Below, in pieces: positions 1 to 8,209 of a DNA stretch of 25,295 bases. Below the pieces are notes generated by a model. It worked only from the letters and a program-made list of their open reading frames with translations, made no database searches and was not told where the DNA came from. Position 1 is the first letter of the stretch, and the number at the start of each line of letters is the position of its first letter. This stretch comes from a virus (Duplodnaviria > Caudoviricetes), in the IMG/VR virus record IMGVR_UViG_3300020410_000055, positions 1-25,295 of that record, one strand, 5' to 3'. Position numbers and translations under genes: made by a program.

Positions 1-51
1 CAAACCTCTTTGAGACTGTGCAAGATATTCACTTAAACTTGGATTAGCCAT
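1..51 (-). CDS. N-terminus of probable major capsid protein (partial, runs off left edge)
   Basis: ATG at 51-49 with AGGAG SD at 65-61; reads MANPSLSEYLAQSQRGL to the window edge. Identity inferred only from position after the scaffold-like gene. Confidence 0.5.
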   Translation of the reverse strand, partial: MANPSLSEYLAQSQRGL

Positions 52-79
52 GTTTATAATCTCCTATAGTTTGTTTTAA

Positions 80-958
80 TTATCCTAATAGTTCCCTAGG
101 GACACCATCTGTGTCACCAGTTTCTATTTGGTGTTGTAGTTTTCTAAGTTCTGAGTAAGAAAGTTCAGCTAGTTGATCAGGTGTGTCCACAGCTGCTGAT
201 TTCTTAATTGGAGTAGTATCATCTACACCTAAAGAATTAACAATCTTTGGAGCCTGTAATCCAGTTTCCTCTCTGAATCCCATTTTTCTTAGTCTACTTT
301 CTGCCTCTGATGTTACAGCTTTTTGCATATTATTCTCTGTGTCAGCAATTTGCTTTTTCAAAGAGTCTAATTGTTTTTGCATTTTTTCCATCTCATCATC
401 GTCCTCGTTGTCCATACCCTTCTCGTCTATTGGTTCATCAGCAGCTTCATCATCATCATCTGCCTTGTATGCCATTCCACCCTTTTCTGCGTCATCGTCA
501 TCATCATGACCATTGTGACCTTTTTCTATACCAGCTGCGTATCCTTTTTGGTATGCCTTCTCGATGTCGTCTTCTTCGTCGTCATCACCCATATCAGCAG
601 CTTGAATTGTGTTTTGCTGGTCTTCTATTTTAGAAGAAATTCCAGCATCGCTTTCTGAGTCGTCAGCGTTTTGTGGTGTTCCACCAGATGCCTTAGCCTT
701 TCTGTCGTCTCCACTAACATCAGCACCAGCGTAGCTGTCACCTTCATTAGCTTTTAACATAGAAACAACTTCAGAAGCAACTGATTTTACTAGTTCTGCT
801 TGAGCATTGTCGTATTCGGCTTTTTTCATCTCTTCTTCTTCGTCCTCGGCTTCTTTAGAAAGTCTGGAGTCCATTTTTTGAAGAACTTCAGCAACAGCCG
901 CTAGAGCAAGATTAGTGCCTTCCATCTGCTTCTCAAGCTTCTCGTTTATTTCTGCCAT
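80..958 (-). CDS. Putative capsid scaffolding protein (acidic, coiled-coil)
   Basis: 292 aa, D/E-rich runs, coiled-coil segment (MEKMQKQLDSLKKQIADTE), strong AGGAGG SD, located in the head module before the probable capsid gene. Confidence 0.65.
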   Translation of the reverse strand: MAEINEKLEKQMEGTNLALAAVAEVLQKMDSRLSKEAEDEEEEMKKAEYDNAQAELVKSVASEVVSMLKANEGDSYAGADVSGDDRKAKASGGTPQNADDSESDAGISSKIEDQQNTIQAADMGDDDEEDDIEKAYQKGYAAGIEKGHNGHDDDDDAEKGGMAYKADDDDEAADEPIDEKGMDNEDDDEMEKMQKQLDSLKKQIADTENNMQKAVTSEAESRLRKMGFREETGLQAPKIVNSLGVDDTTPIKKSAAVDTPDQLAELSYSELRKLQHQIETGDTDGVPRELLG

Positions 959-1074
959 AGTTTTTAACCTCCTATGATCTTTTAGTTTGATCCTACTATC
1001 ATAAAAGGTTGGTCTTAGCCATCCGACCTTTAAATTATAGAAAGAAATATAACGTTGTATTTAAACGTTACTAC

Positions 1075-1081
1075 ATTATAC
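1075..1081 (-). promoter_or_regulatory. -10 box (GTATAAT) for the scaffold/capsid transcript
   Basis: Perfect TATAAT at 1080-1075 in the intergenic region; no clear -35. Confidence 0.55.
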
Positions 1082-1138
1082 TACGGAAATCGAAAAATCC
1101 TATTGAAAAGCTAAAAATTATAATATGTTTTTTATAAT

Positions 1139-1357
1139 TTAGTCCGTATTAGGTAATCCTTTAGCATCTAACTGTATCATTTCATTACGAAAATCATATA
1201 AAGGAACCTGTAAAAGCTTCTTTAATTTGTCACATTGGTTACCTTCTGGTAATGATGCTTCGATTAGATCAAGTACTTTGCCTACCATTTTAGAATGACG
1301 GGCTATTATATACTCTTGGGTTTGTGTTAAATTAAGTTTTGGTTCTGATTCTGCCAC
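1139..1357 (-). CDS. Hypothetical protein (72 aa, helical)
   Basis: GTG start with AGGAG SD; fits the gene packing. Confidence 0.7.
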   Translation of the reverse strand: MAESEPKLNLTQTQEYIIARHSKMVGKVLDLIEASLPEGNQCDKLKKLLQVPLYDFRNEMIQLDAKGLPNTD

Positions 1358-1367
1358 TATTCTTCTC

Positions 1368-2009
1368 CTAAGTGTTTCTGGATGTTGCGTTTACTCTTAT
1401 GTCTATGTTCTCCGGCAAGGTTAGAAGCCTTTTAGTTATTATACTGGTTTTTCCATATATTTCTTCGTACGCTTGTGTAAGCCAATGACCTACCCTTTTA
1501 TCTGATATAGGTTTATCTGTAGTATAGAACTGATGTTTACCATCTCTTCTACCTGTTTTATTGTCTTTGTCTTTCCAATAAACCACTCTTTTTTTATCTG
1601 GGAATACTCTCCCATTTGGATATCTAACTCTTATTGTTTTCCTTCTTCTGTTACCCTTACCTGTATAAGTACGATCATGCGATCTAACTGCGGGGCTATC
1701 TTGAATGTATACAGACGGTCTTCTGCCCCCTTCTGCCGAATCAAAAAGAGTTGCAGCATGTTTAGCGTTATACCCAATTTCAAATCCAACAGCTATACCA
1801 CGTTTTTTTATAAGGTTAGTAAACACTGAACGCTTTAACTCTCCAGTGTCTGAGGGTACAAGTTGGTCAGCTCGATCTTTTGTATCTCTTAATAGATTTT
1901 CCCACAACTCGTTGTATTGCCTAAATGGATTAGTTTTTTTCGAGAGGGCTTTTAGTTGCTTGCGAAGTGCTTTTCGATCTACTTTTTTACGTGATTCTTT
2001 TTCTTTCAT
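1368..2009 (-). CDS. HK97 gp10-like neck/tail-completion protein, with basic insertion
   Basis: Motif A..LVPSDTGELKRS...IGYNAKHA and C-terminal HWLTQAYE resemble the gp10 family (P.DTG.LR.S / Y...YA / .FL..A). Confidence 0.55.
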   Translation of the reverse strand: MKEKESRKKVDRKALRKQLKALSKKTNPFRQYNELWENLLRDTKDRADQLVPSDTGELKRSVFTNLIKKRGIAVGFEIGYNAKHAATLFDSAEGGRRPSVYIQDSPAVRSHDRTYTGKGNRRRKTIRVRYPNGRVFPDKKRVVYWKDKDNKTGRRDGKHQFYTTDKPISDKRVGHWLTQAYEEIYGKTSIITKRLLTLPENIDIRVNATSRNT

Positions 2010-2015
2010 TCATTA

Positions 2016-3347
2016 TTATACCTCTGTCTTTTCTAAATCTGTCCACTTCTCAGGTATTTTATCAATGAATTTTCTTTTAGATGAATCATATTTATTCAAA
2101 TAGATAACATCTCTACCCACATATCCGTACTTTGGGTGCCAATAAGTAACTATTTGTTTCGGTTTAGTAGCTGCTTGAAGTCTCTGTAAGGCAAACTCAT
2201 CAGGACCTTTCATGGTTCCACATATATGTAGTTCACCTGTACCTATATCTAGTTCATCAATACGATGGAAGTGTCCTATCATAACACTATCAAACTCTTG
2301 CTCTAGGTCTTCATCAAGAGCCCCTTCTATCTCACGTTGTAGATTCTTTCTAAATTGGAATACACTTCGTAGTTTAGTTATCGAGTTTAGAATCGCACCA
2401 CTACTTCCAGCTCCTGATATACAATCTCCGTGTGTGATAAGAACTACCTTATCATGTACCTTGAATGTAGTCATAAAACTTTTAGGAATATGAAACTCTA
2501 GGTTTTCTTGGTTCTTACAGAAAGATGCTACCCATTGATATAACATATAATCCCAGTCCATATATTTATCTTTCATAGGAGGTTTTCTGGTCATCCTACC
2601 ATGATTACCAACAACACATGGAACCTTGATCTTTGTAAAATGCGGAGCTAAATACATCAAAGCTTGTCCAATAATGCTAGCTCCTCTAATCATTTGCTCC
2701 ATACAGTTAGCCATATTAGATCTAGATAGCTCGTCATGTATGTCACCACTAATCATATCACCTAACATAGGTATAATTAGTTCGTCTACAGGTGCTATTT
2801 GCCTTCGGTATGACGCATGTTTTAATATTTGATTAGCCCAACCATACATACGTTTGTTGAATATCTCAAAGTTATATTCATTCAAACCCCTCATCTGATC
2901 TTTAAATACATGCTCTCCTATATGAGTATCAGATAAAGGAGTAACCATTACTTGTTTCTCATGACCAAAGGGTGTTTTGTCAGAATTGTTTATATGTTTT
3001 AGGGGTACCGAAGGAAAGGCTTGAGTAAATTCCTGAATAGTTTCAACAATCAGCTCTTTCTTCGTGTTGTCTTTTAAAGATGAAAGATATAACTTTTTGT
3101 AAAAATCTGCTTCACTCTTATGTGTAGCAACCTTTTTATCTAATTTTATTCTCTGCGATAAACTATCTTCGGGATGTGAGTCCTGCTCTTCTTGGAACTC
3201 CCAGACTTCGCTGTCGTGCCAACGATGTATCGAAGTCGGACTTACGTTGACTCCAAACTCTTCGTCTATCCACTTCGCTATAGCTGTCCAAGTCGCTCCT
3301 ATTCCCCGCCTTCTTATTATCTCTGATTTTGCCTGCTCTGGTATCAT
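2016..3347 (-). CDS. Calcineurin-like metallophosphoesterase with N-terminal HTH
   Basis: Motifs SDTHIG, LGDMISG, GNHGR, THGD, GHFH; N-terminal HTH (TWTAIAKWI...SPTSIHRW); AGGAG SD. Confidence 0.88.
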   Translation of the reverse strand: MIPEQAKSEIIRRRGIGATWTAIAKWIDEEFGVNVSPTSIHRWHDSEVWEFQEEQDSHPEDSLSQRIKLDKKVATHKSEADFYKKLYLSSLKDNTKKELIVETIQEFTQAFPSVPLKHINNSDKTPFGHEKQVMVTPLSDTHIGEHVFKDQMRGLNEYNFEIFNKRMYGWANQILKHASYRRQIAPVDELIIPMLGDMISGDIHDELSRSNMANCMEQMIRGASIIGQALMYLAPHFTKIKVPCVVGNHGRMTRKPPMKDKYMDWDYMLYQWVASFCKNQENLEFHIPKSFMTTFKVHDKVVLITHGDCISGAGSSGAILNSITKLRSVFQFRKNLQREIEGALDEDLEQEFDSVMIGHFHRIDELDIGTGELHICGTMKGPDEFALQRLQAATKPKQIVTYWHPKYGYVGRDVIYLNKYDSSKRKFIDKIPEKWTDLEKTEV

Positions 3348-3447
3348 AAGCTCTCCTAATAGTTACTACCAAAATCTTTGCACATGTAATGCACTGAAGA
3401 TCTTTGTCTTCGTTTACATACATCTGTCCATTACACTTAGGACACAT
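3163..3447 (-). CDS. Small Zn-ribbon protein
   Basis: MCPKC...CITC at the start (probable start 3447, alternative 3486); fills the 3348-3475 gap and overlaps the next gene. Confidence 0.55.
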   Translation of the reverse strand: MCPKCNGQMYVNEDKDLQCITCAKILVVTIRRAYDTRAGKIRDNKKAGNRSDLDSYSEVDRRRVWSQRKSDFDTSLARQRSLGVPRRAGLTSRR

Positions 3448-3475
3448 GTTATCATAAAGTTGCTGAGAATTCAAA

Positions 3476-5548
3476 TTATTTGACAAATTCTCTTTCCTCA
3501 GTTTCTTGCTCTAACTCCTCTATTTCTCCTCGTTCTTTATCTTTTGAACCGCCAGTTAGTAAAGGGTCTGTCGGATAACTTCCAGATCCCCAACCAAGCT
3601 GCACCGATAATCCTGCAGGGGCTGTCTCACTAGCACCTCCTGTGTCAGGATCTTGGGCATTTTTATTATTATCTTTATCGTCTAAAGCACGAATTTTTGC
3701 TTCCATATCTTTTTGTTCTATAGCAGCAAATTTATCGGGCTCCGCATCATACTCTTTAGGTTCACGCCTACCATCAATTAATTTTGTTTGAGGGTTTATA
3801 TCCTCACCACTTAATTGTTGTCTAAATTTTACTTCGTCTTTCATAAGTTGTTGTTTAGCGAATAATGTAAATTCTTTTACCATCTTCTTGCTAGGACTAT
3901 TACCTCTAACAAAAGCGGCAAGTCTTTCTATTCCAGATTTCTTTTTCTTTTTTCGCCTAGTTGTTTTTCTGCGACGAGATCCACCACCACCATAAGTGGG
4001 AGAAAATATACCAGAATTAGTAGATGTGAAAACAGTGCCTCCACCATTACCGAAAGAACCAGAAGTTGCGGCACCGCCGCCACCACCGTTTCCTCCACCA
4101 CCACCATTCTCTTTGTAAATTTGTCCTTTACGTTTACTGTCAGTAGAACCTCTAGGATTAGTAATCCATGCTTTAATTTGCATATGCTCTACGAATTTTT
4201 TAATAGCCATAGTATTACTATAGTCAGATTTCATTATTTTTTGCATAGTTGTTCTAAAATATGTATCAGAATCAATCTGTTTACTAAATACATCTGGAGG
4301 TAAATAGTTCCCTAAAGAAGTCTTGTGTTCAGTAACAGCTTTACCTTTTACAATCTTTTTGTGCCCCAATCTTTCGCCTACATAAAGTCCAGCTCTTTCA
4401 AAGAATTCCGAAGCAGGCAGTTTCCTACCTCCACCATCAATTTTTTTCTTGTAATTGTTTAGATATTCTGTAGCACTTTCTATAGCTTTCTTAGTTCTCA
4501 AATGTTTGATTGTAGCATCAGGATGAATGTCTCTTATAAATTGATCTATTTTAGAAGAAGTAGTATCAAAAAGTTTATCTTTACCTCTTTTACCTTCTTT
4601 GGCTTTCTTAAGTACCTCTACTAATCTGGGGTCTTTTTCTGCAAACTTCTGTCTAACACCACTCTTTGCGTCAAAACTAACATGAGCTGTGTTTCCATCT
4701 TTTGATATATGTACATTTGAACTCTTTAAGTTAAGGGCTCCTTGACCAGTAATTTTACCTTTATCCGTTTTACGATCTTTATCCTGACCTTTCCTATACC
4801 CAGTTACGTTATAAACTGTCATCAACATCTCTTCTGGGCTTAAGTCATTTACACCTTTTTTGTTTATGGTATCCATTGCATCATCTAAAACATCTTGAAC
4901 GTTTCTTAGTTTTGCCCAATGCTTCTTTCGATGTTCTTGTTGAGCACTCGGATTAAGAATATGTTGTGGATTACCAGTACTATCCTTATAAGAAATTTGT
5001 ATATCATTAGCAGGATCTTTAGCAATCTTTACATCAGTTGCCCCTTTAGGTAGCTTTTCAGCAGCTTTAGATACATCTGATTGATAAGAACCAGCAAAAT
5101 TTAAAAACTGTCCATAGGGTACATCATCATTGTGTTCATCTGTTGGAATAGAATATAACCCTCGCTCGTCAGGATCCCCTTTTGTAAATTTGTTTACCCA
5201 ATCATCATAGACATCTTCTCGACCTCCGTAAGGTTTAATCCAATACTCAGCACCTCTTTCAGTCTCATATACTGTAGCATCTTTAGGAGGTTTTTCTGTA
5301 GTAGAATATACTGCCCCAACAGGAAGCTTTTCATCCCCCTGACGTGTAGAACCAACCATTAGAGGTGCCTTCTTTAAAGGAACATCAGATTTTATGGATT
5401 GATAAAACTCTCTTTCAATCTTCTTGAAATCTTCATCCGTAGGTTCTATGCCATCTTGTATAGGTCTAAAATTGTGATCATACTCAATGTCGTTATCATC
5501 CATCCATCGAATATATTCTTCTATAACTTTAGTATTATTCTTCGTCAT
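3476..5548 (-). CDS. Multidomain protein with central type IB DNA topoisomerase catalytic domain
   Basis: Pentad R252 (GYRKG), K295 (FDAKSG), R351 (KHLRT), H396 (RLGH), Y415 (TSLGNYLPP). Upstream ATDVKIAKDP..DIQISYKDSTGNPQH resembles the bacterial TopIB N-domain. C-terminus is Gly-rich, then basic, then acidic. Confidence 0.82.
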   Translation of the reverse strand: MTKNNTKVIEEYIRWMDDNDIEYDHNFRPIQDGIEPTDEDFKKIEREFYQSIKSDVPLKKAPLMVGSTRQGDEKLPVGAVYSTTEKPPKDATVYETERGAEYWIKPYGGREDVYDDWVNKFTKGDPDERGLYSIPTDEHNDDVPYGQFLNFAGSYQSDVSKAAEKLPKGATDVKIAKDPANDIQISYKDSTGNPQHILNPSAQQEHRKKHWAKLRNVQDVLDDAMDTINKKGVNDLSPEEMLMTVYNVTGYRKGQDKDRKTDKGKITGQGALNLKSSNVHISKDGNTAHVSFDAKSGVRQKFAEKDPRLVEVLKKAKEGKRGKDKLFDTTSSKIDQFIRDIHPDATIKHLRTKKAIESATEYLNNYKKKIDGGGRKLPASEFFERAGLYVGERLGHKKIVKGKAVTEHKTSLGNYLPPDVFSKQIDSDTYFRTTMQKIMKSDYSNTMAIKKFVEHMQIKAWITNPRGSTDSKRKGQIYKENGGGGGNGGGGGAATSGSFGNGGGTVFTSTNSGIFSPTYGGGGSRRRKTTRRKKKKKSGIERLAAFVRGNSPSKKMVKEFTLFAKQQLMKDEVKFRQQLSGEDINPQTKLIDGRREPKEYDAEPDKFAAIEQKDMEAKIRALDDKDNNKNAQDPDTGGASETAPAGLSVQLGWGSGSYPTDPLLTGGSKDKERGEIEELEQETEEREFVK

Positions 5549-7478
5549 CGAGCTCTATCTCAGTAGGTTCAGTAGCTCTTGGTTTTTCTTGTTTGTTTCT
5601 ACTAAGTCTTGTTGGGTCTGAGAAAATTGCTTTATCTATGGTTGTAATACCTGTAGGAGTTAATTGAGCCACATAATCAATCCCACTTTGAGAAAACCAC
5701 ATCTGTGTCATATCAGGGTTTACTTCCTTAATAATAGGGGAAGCATATCCTTTATCGGCTAAAGATTCTACCCAAGACTTTGAAAGTGTTAAACTATTTT
5801 TATTTCGTGCTTCAGCATACTCGTCTATATCTCTTTCCTCGTCTGGATTTTTATCTCTCCAGTCGGGCGTTACCCCACCTGTTCTACCCTTAAATTTTCT
5901 CTGGGAACGTGGTATGGATTTCATCATTGCTTGAATATCCCCACCTTCTTCTGCGGGAGCCTCGCCTTCCATTTCAGCATCTTCTTCTTGCTGTCCTGCC
6001 ATAGCTTGTTGTTCCTGCATTTGTTGTTCTTGCATTTGCATTTGTTGCTTCTGAGCTTCTACTCCCATAGCTAATTGTTCAGCTTGCATTTGTGCAGTAG
6101 GTACTGCTTCACCGCTTACTACAAAGTCTGCATCCCAAAGGGGTACATCCTGTTCTTTTAGCTTTACACTAAACCCTAGTTGAGAAAATTGATTTGCAAT
6201 CTGTATCTTTTGAGCTGCAAAACTTAGTCTGGTGTTTTCTGCTTTTTCTTCAGGTTGTGGTAAAACTATTTCATAGTCTGTTATACCAAATGATTCTAAT
6301 AATTGAGGGAATACCTTCTCATGAAATAATCTTTGGTCACTTTCTACCACACGACTCATAACAACTAATTGCTGTGTTTGTTGTGATAACCCTCCAAAAG
6401 CTTCTGGAGCACCTTGCCATGCTGGAGTAACCCCCCACATAGCAGCTACACGTTCTCTAACTTCCTCTCTTACAGGCATATAATCCATTTCTTGTAAGCT
6501 GTGGAACAGCCTTACCATGTCTACTCTACCCCTTTGGTTTCTAGCAGATACTGCTACCATAGGTATGTAGTTAGGATCTAATCGTGTTTGAGCGGCTATA
6601 TGTTCCCGCTCCCTTCTAAGGCTCTCAGGATCATCAGTAGTTACCAACAACATACTTGCAGGCATCTTTCTTTCAAAGAAATATCTATATAGGTTCTTAT
6701 CCATACCTACTAATGTCAAAGCTTTTTCAAAGATCGTTAAAATAGGTGACCATCCATATGTTTCAGATGGTGAGAACTTAGATAGGTGTATTATTTCATC
6801 ATCAGCAAAATACATATGTTGGTTTCTGTGATAATATTTGTACATTGCGGGGATTCTTTGTACACCTTTTTCAGATAGCCCCGGCTCATCAGCTATATCA
6901 TTTCTATCAATTGGACATATAAAATGAGTATTTTTTGGTAATCCAGCTTGATCTAAATCAAACTCAACCAAAGCGGGGTTTAGTCTTCTAATCTCAATAG
7001 GTCTAGATGAAACAGTTCCATCCCCCATGTCTTTATATTCTTTAGCAACATATATAAACCCATCATCTAATGAATTGATATCAAAATGAAATTGTCTGAA
7101 AACTTCTTCCATACTTTGGTCAAAAACATTACAATCTTTTAACCATTTAGTTAAACGTTTTCTTTGTTCTGGATCTGGGTTTTCAACTTTAGGAACAATT
7201 TCTATTCCCCTTCTAAATACCTCACCTGTAATATGACTAACGGGTCCTCGAATTTCTTCAACAGACATTGCAATAGTTTGTAAATCCTGTACAAGTTGTT
7301 GTCTGTACGCCATTTGATGACGTACCCAAGTGTTTACTACATGGTCTAGCCCGATTGTTGGAGCCGCTCCTTTGTCCCCAGCAGACTTCATAACATCTAA
7401 AAGACTAATTTGTTTATTCAAATCTGCCATAGATTGTTGCATCTGAGGCACTTGAGGCATATACTCGGATAGTTTCAT
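5535..7478 (-). CDS. Portal protein with Gln-rich/acidic C-terminal extension
   Basis: Portal motifs (EIRRLNP, F.DDEIIHL, YGWSPI, YRYFFE..MP, RERVAAMWGVTP); downstream of TerL. Confidence 0.88.
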   Translation of the reverse strand: MKLSEYMPQVPQMQQSMADLNKQISLLDVMKSAGDKGAAPTIGLDHVVNTWVRHQMAYRQQLVQDLQTIAMSVEEIRGPVSHITGEVFRRGIEIVPKVENPDPEQRKRLTKWLKDCNVFDQSMEEVFRQFHFDINSLDDGFIYVAKEYKDMGDGTVSSRPIEIRRLNPALVEFDLDQAGLPKNTHFICPIDRNDIADEPGLSEKGVQRIPAMYKYYHRNQHMYFADDEIIHLSKFSPSETYGWSPILTIFEKALTLVGMDKNLYRYFFERKMPASMLLVTTDDPESLRREREHIAAQTRLDPNYIPMVAVSARNQRGRVDMVRLFHSLQEMDYMPVREEVRERVAAMWGVTPAWQGAPEAFGGLSQQTQQLVVMSRVVESDQRLFHEKVFPQLLESFGITDYEIVLPQPEEKAENTRLSFAAQKIQIANQFSQLGFSVKLKEQDVPLWDADFVVSGEAVPTAQMQAEQLAMGVEAQKQQMQMQEQQMQEQQAMAGQQEEDAEMEGEAPAEEGGDIQAMMKSIPRSQRKFKGRTGGVTPDWRDKNPDEERDIDEYAEARNKNSLTLSKSWVESLADKGYASPIIKEVNPDMTQMWFSQSGIDYVAQLTPTGITTIDKAIFSDPTRLSRNKQEKPRATEPTEIELDDEE

Positions 7479-7480
7479 AT

Positions 7481-7921
7481 TTATTCCCTACTTAGATTAC
7501 TCATATCTTGCATAGATACTAGTTTTAATATATTTTCCATTGCCTTCTCTTTCAGTTGATAGTCTTCTGTATGTTCTACATCCCGTAAAACTTCAGATTT
7601 TTGATCCTTCAACTGTATTATTTGGTCATTTAAGCTCTGAATTTCTTGATCTTTTTCAAGAATTACATTTTCTAATTCGGCTTCTCCCGTACCAAAGGTG
7701 GCATTATGCAGTACTCCCAGCCTACCTGCTTCTTTCATTAAAGCAATAAACTGCCCCTCAGAAAGAACTTGAACCGCAGAACTATCATCCGGAATATCGT
7801 CATCAGCTGACATAACTTTTATATCATCATGCCATGAATCTAATACTCTCCATGTTCCATTGTCGTCTTTTAAGGCTACATACTGCTGGTCTGTACCATC
7901 TAAAAAATTGCCCATTGTCAT
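7481..7921 (-). CDS. Hypothetical protein with coiled-coil C-terminus
   Basis: 146 aa, AGGAG SD, ends 2 nt before the portal start. Confidence 0.75.
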   Translation of the reverse strand: MTMGNFLDGTDQQYVALKDDNGTWRVLDSWHDDIKVMSADDDIPDDSSAVQVLSEGQFIALMKEAGRLGVLHNATFGTGEAELENVILEKDQEIQSLNDQIIQLKDQKSEVLRDVEHTEDYQLKEKAMENILKLVSMQDMSNLSRE

Positions 7922-7953
7922 CTTGGCTGCTCCTAAAACTTTTCTGTCTTTAT

Positions 7954-7960
7954 ATTATAC
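7954..7960 (-). promoter_or_regulatory. -10 box (GTATAAT) upstream of the portal operon
   Basis: TATAAT at 7959-7954 overlapping the upstream stop codon, followed by a short leader with SD. Confidence 0.45.
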
Positions 7961-8200
7961 TTGATTTTCCCGATTTGTCTCATAAAGCCCTGTCCCTTTA
8001 TATTTAAGCAGATTTGACAAACTTGAAATTTGTTCAAATAAGTCAGAAATTCTAACGTCTAATTTTTCTATTTTGTCAGACATTAGTTGTTCTCTGCCAT
8101 AAAGAGCTTCTATTTGGCTTTTAAGTTCACTAAATTCTTTTAGTATTTCTTGATGATTATAATATGTATTGTCAAATTCTTTGCGTTGATTATCGTCCAA
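7955..8200 (-). CDS. Hypothetical coiled-coil protein
   Basis: TTG start with AGGAGG SD; heptad pattern. Confidence 0.65.
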   Translation of the reverse strand: MDDNQRKEFDNTYYNHQEILKEFSELKSQIEALYGREQLMSDKIEKLDVRISDLFEQISSLSNLLKYKGTGLYETNRENQV

Positions 8201-8209
8201 CTTATCCTC

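Noticed and set aside
1115-1140. AT-only inverted repeat AAATTATAA...TTATAATTT
   Set aside because: Too AT-rich to distinguish from chance; cannot be called a terminator or operator.
4060-4110. CCA/CCG tandem repeats (also the CAA-rich tract near 6000-6050 and the GAT/GAC tract near 440-510)
   Set aside because: Explained by poly-Gly, poly-Gln and poly-Asp coding.
4295-4800. Reading the R-K-R-H-Y domain as an integrase or protelomerase
   Set aside because: KHLRT matches TopIB K(D)xRT, RxG and F.xKSG match TopIB, and a TopIB-type N-domain precedes it; no att site or telomere palindrome was seen. A structural check is still advisable.
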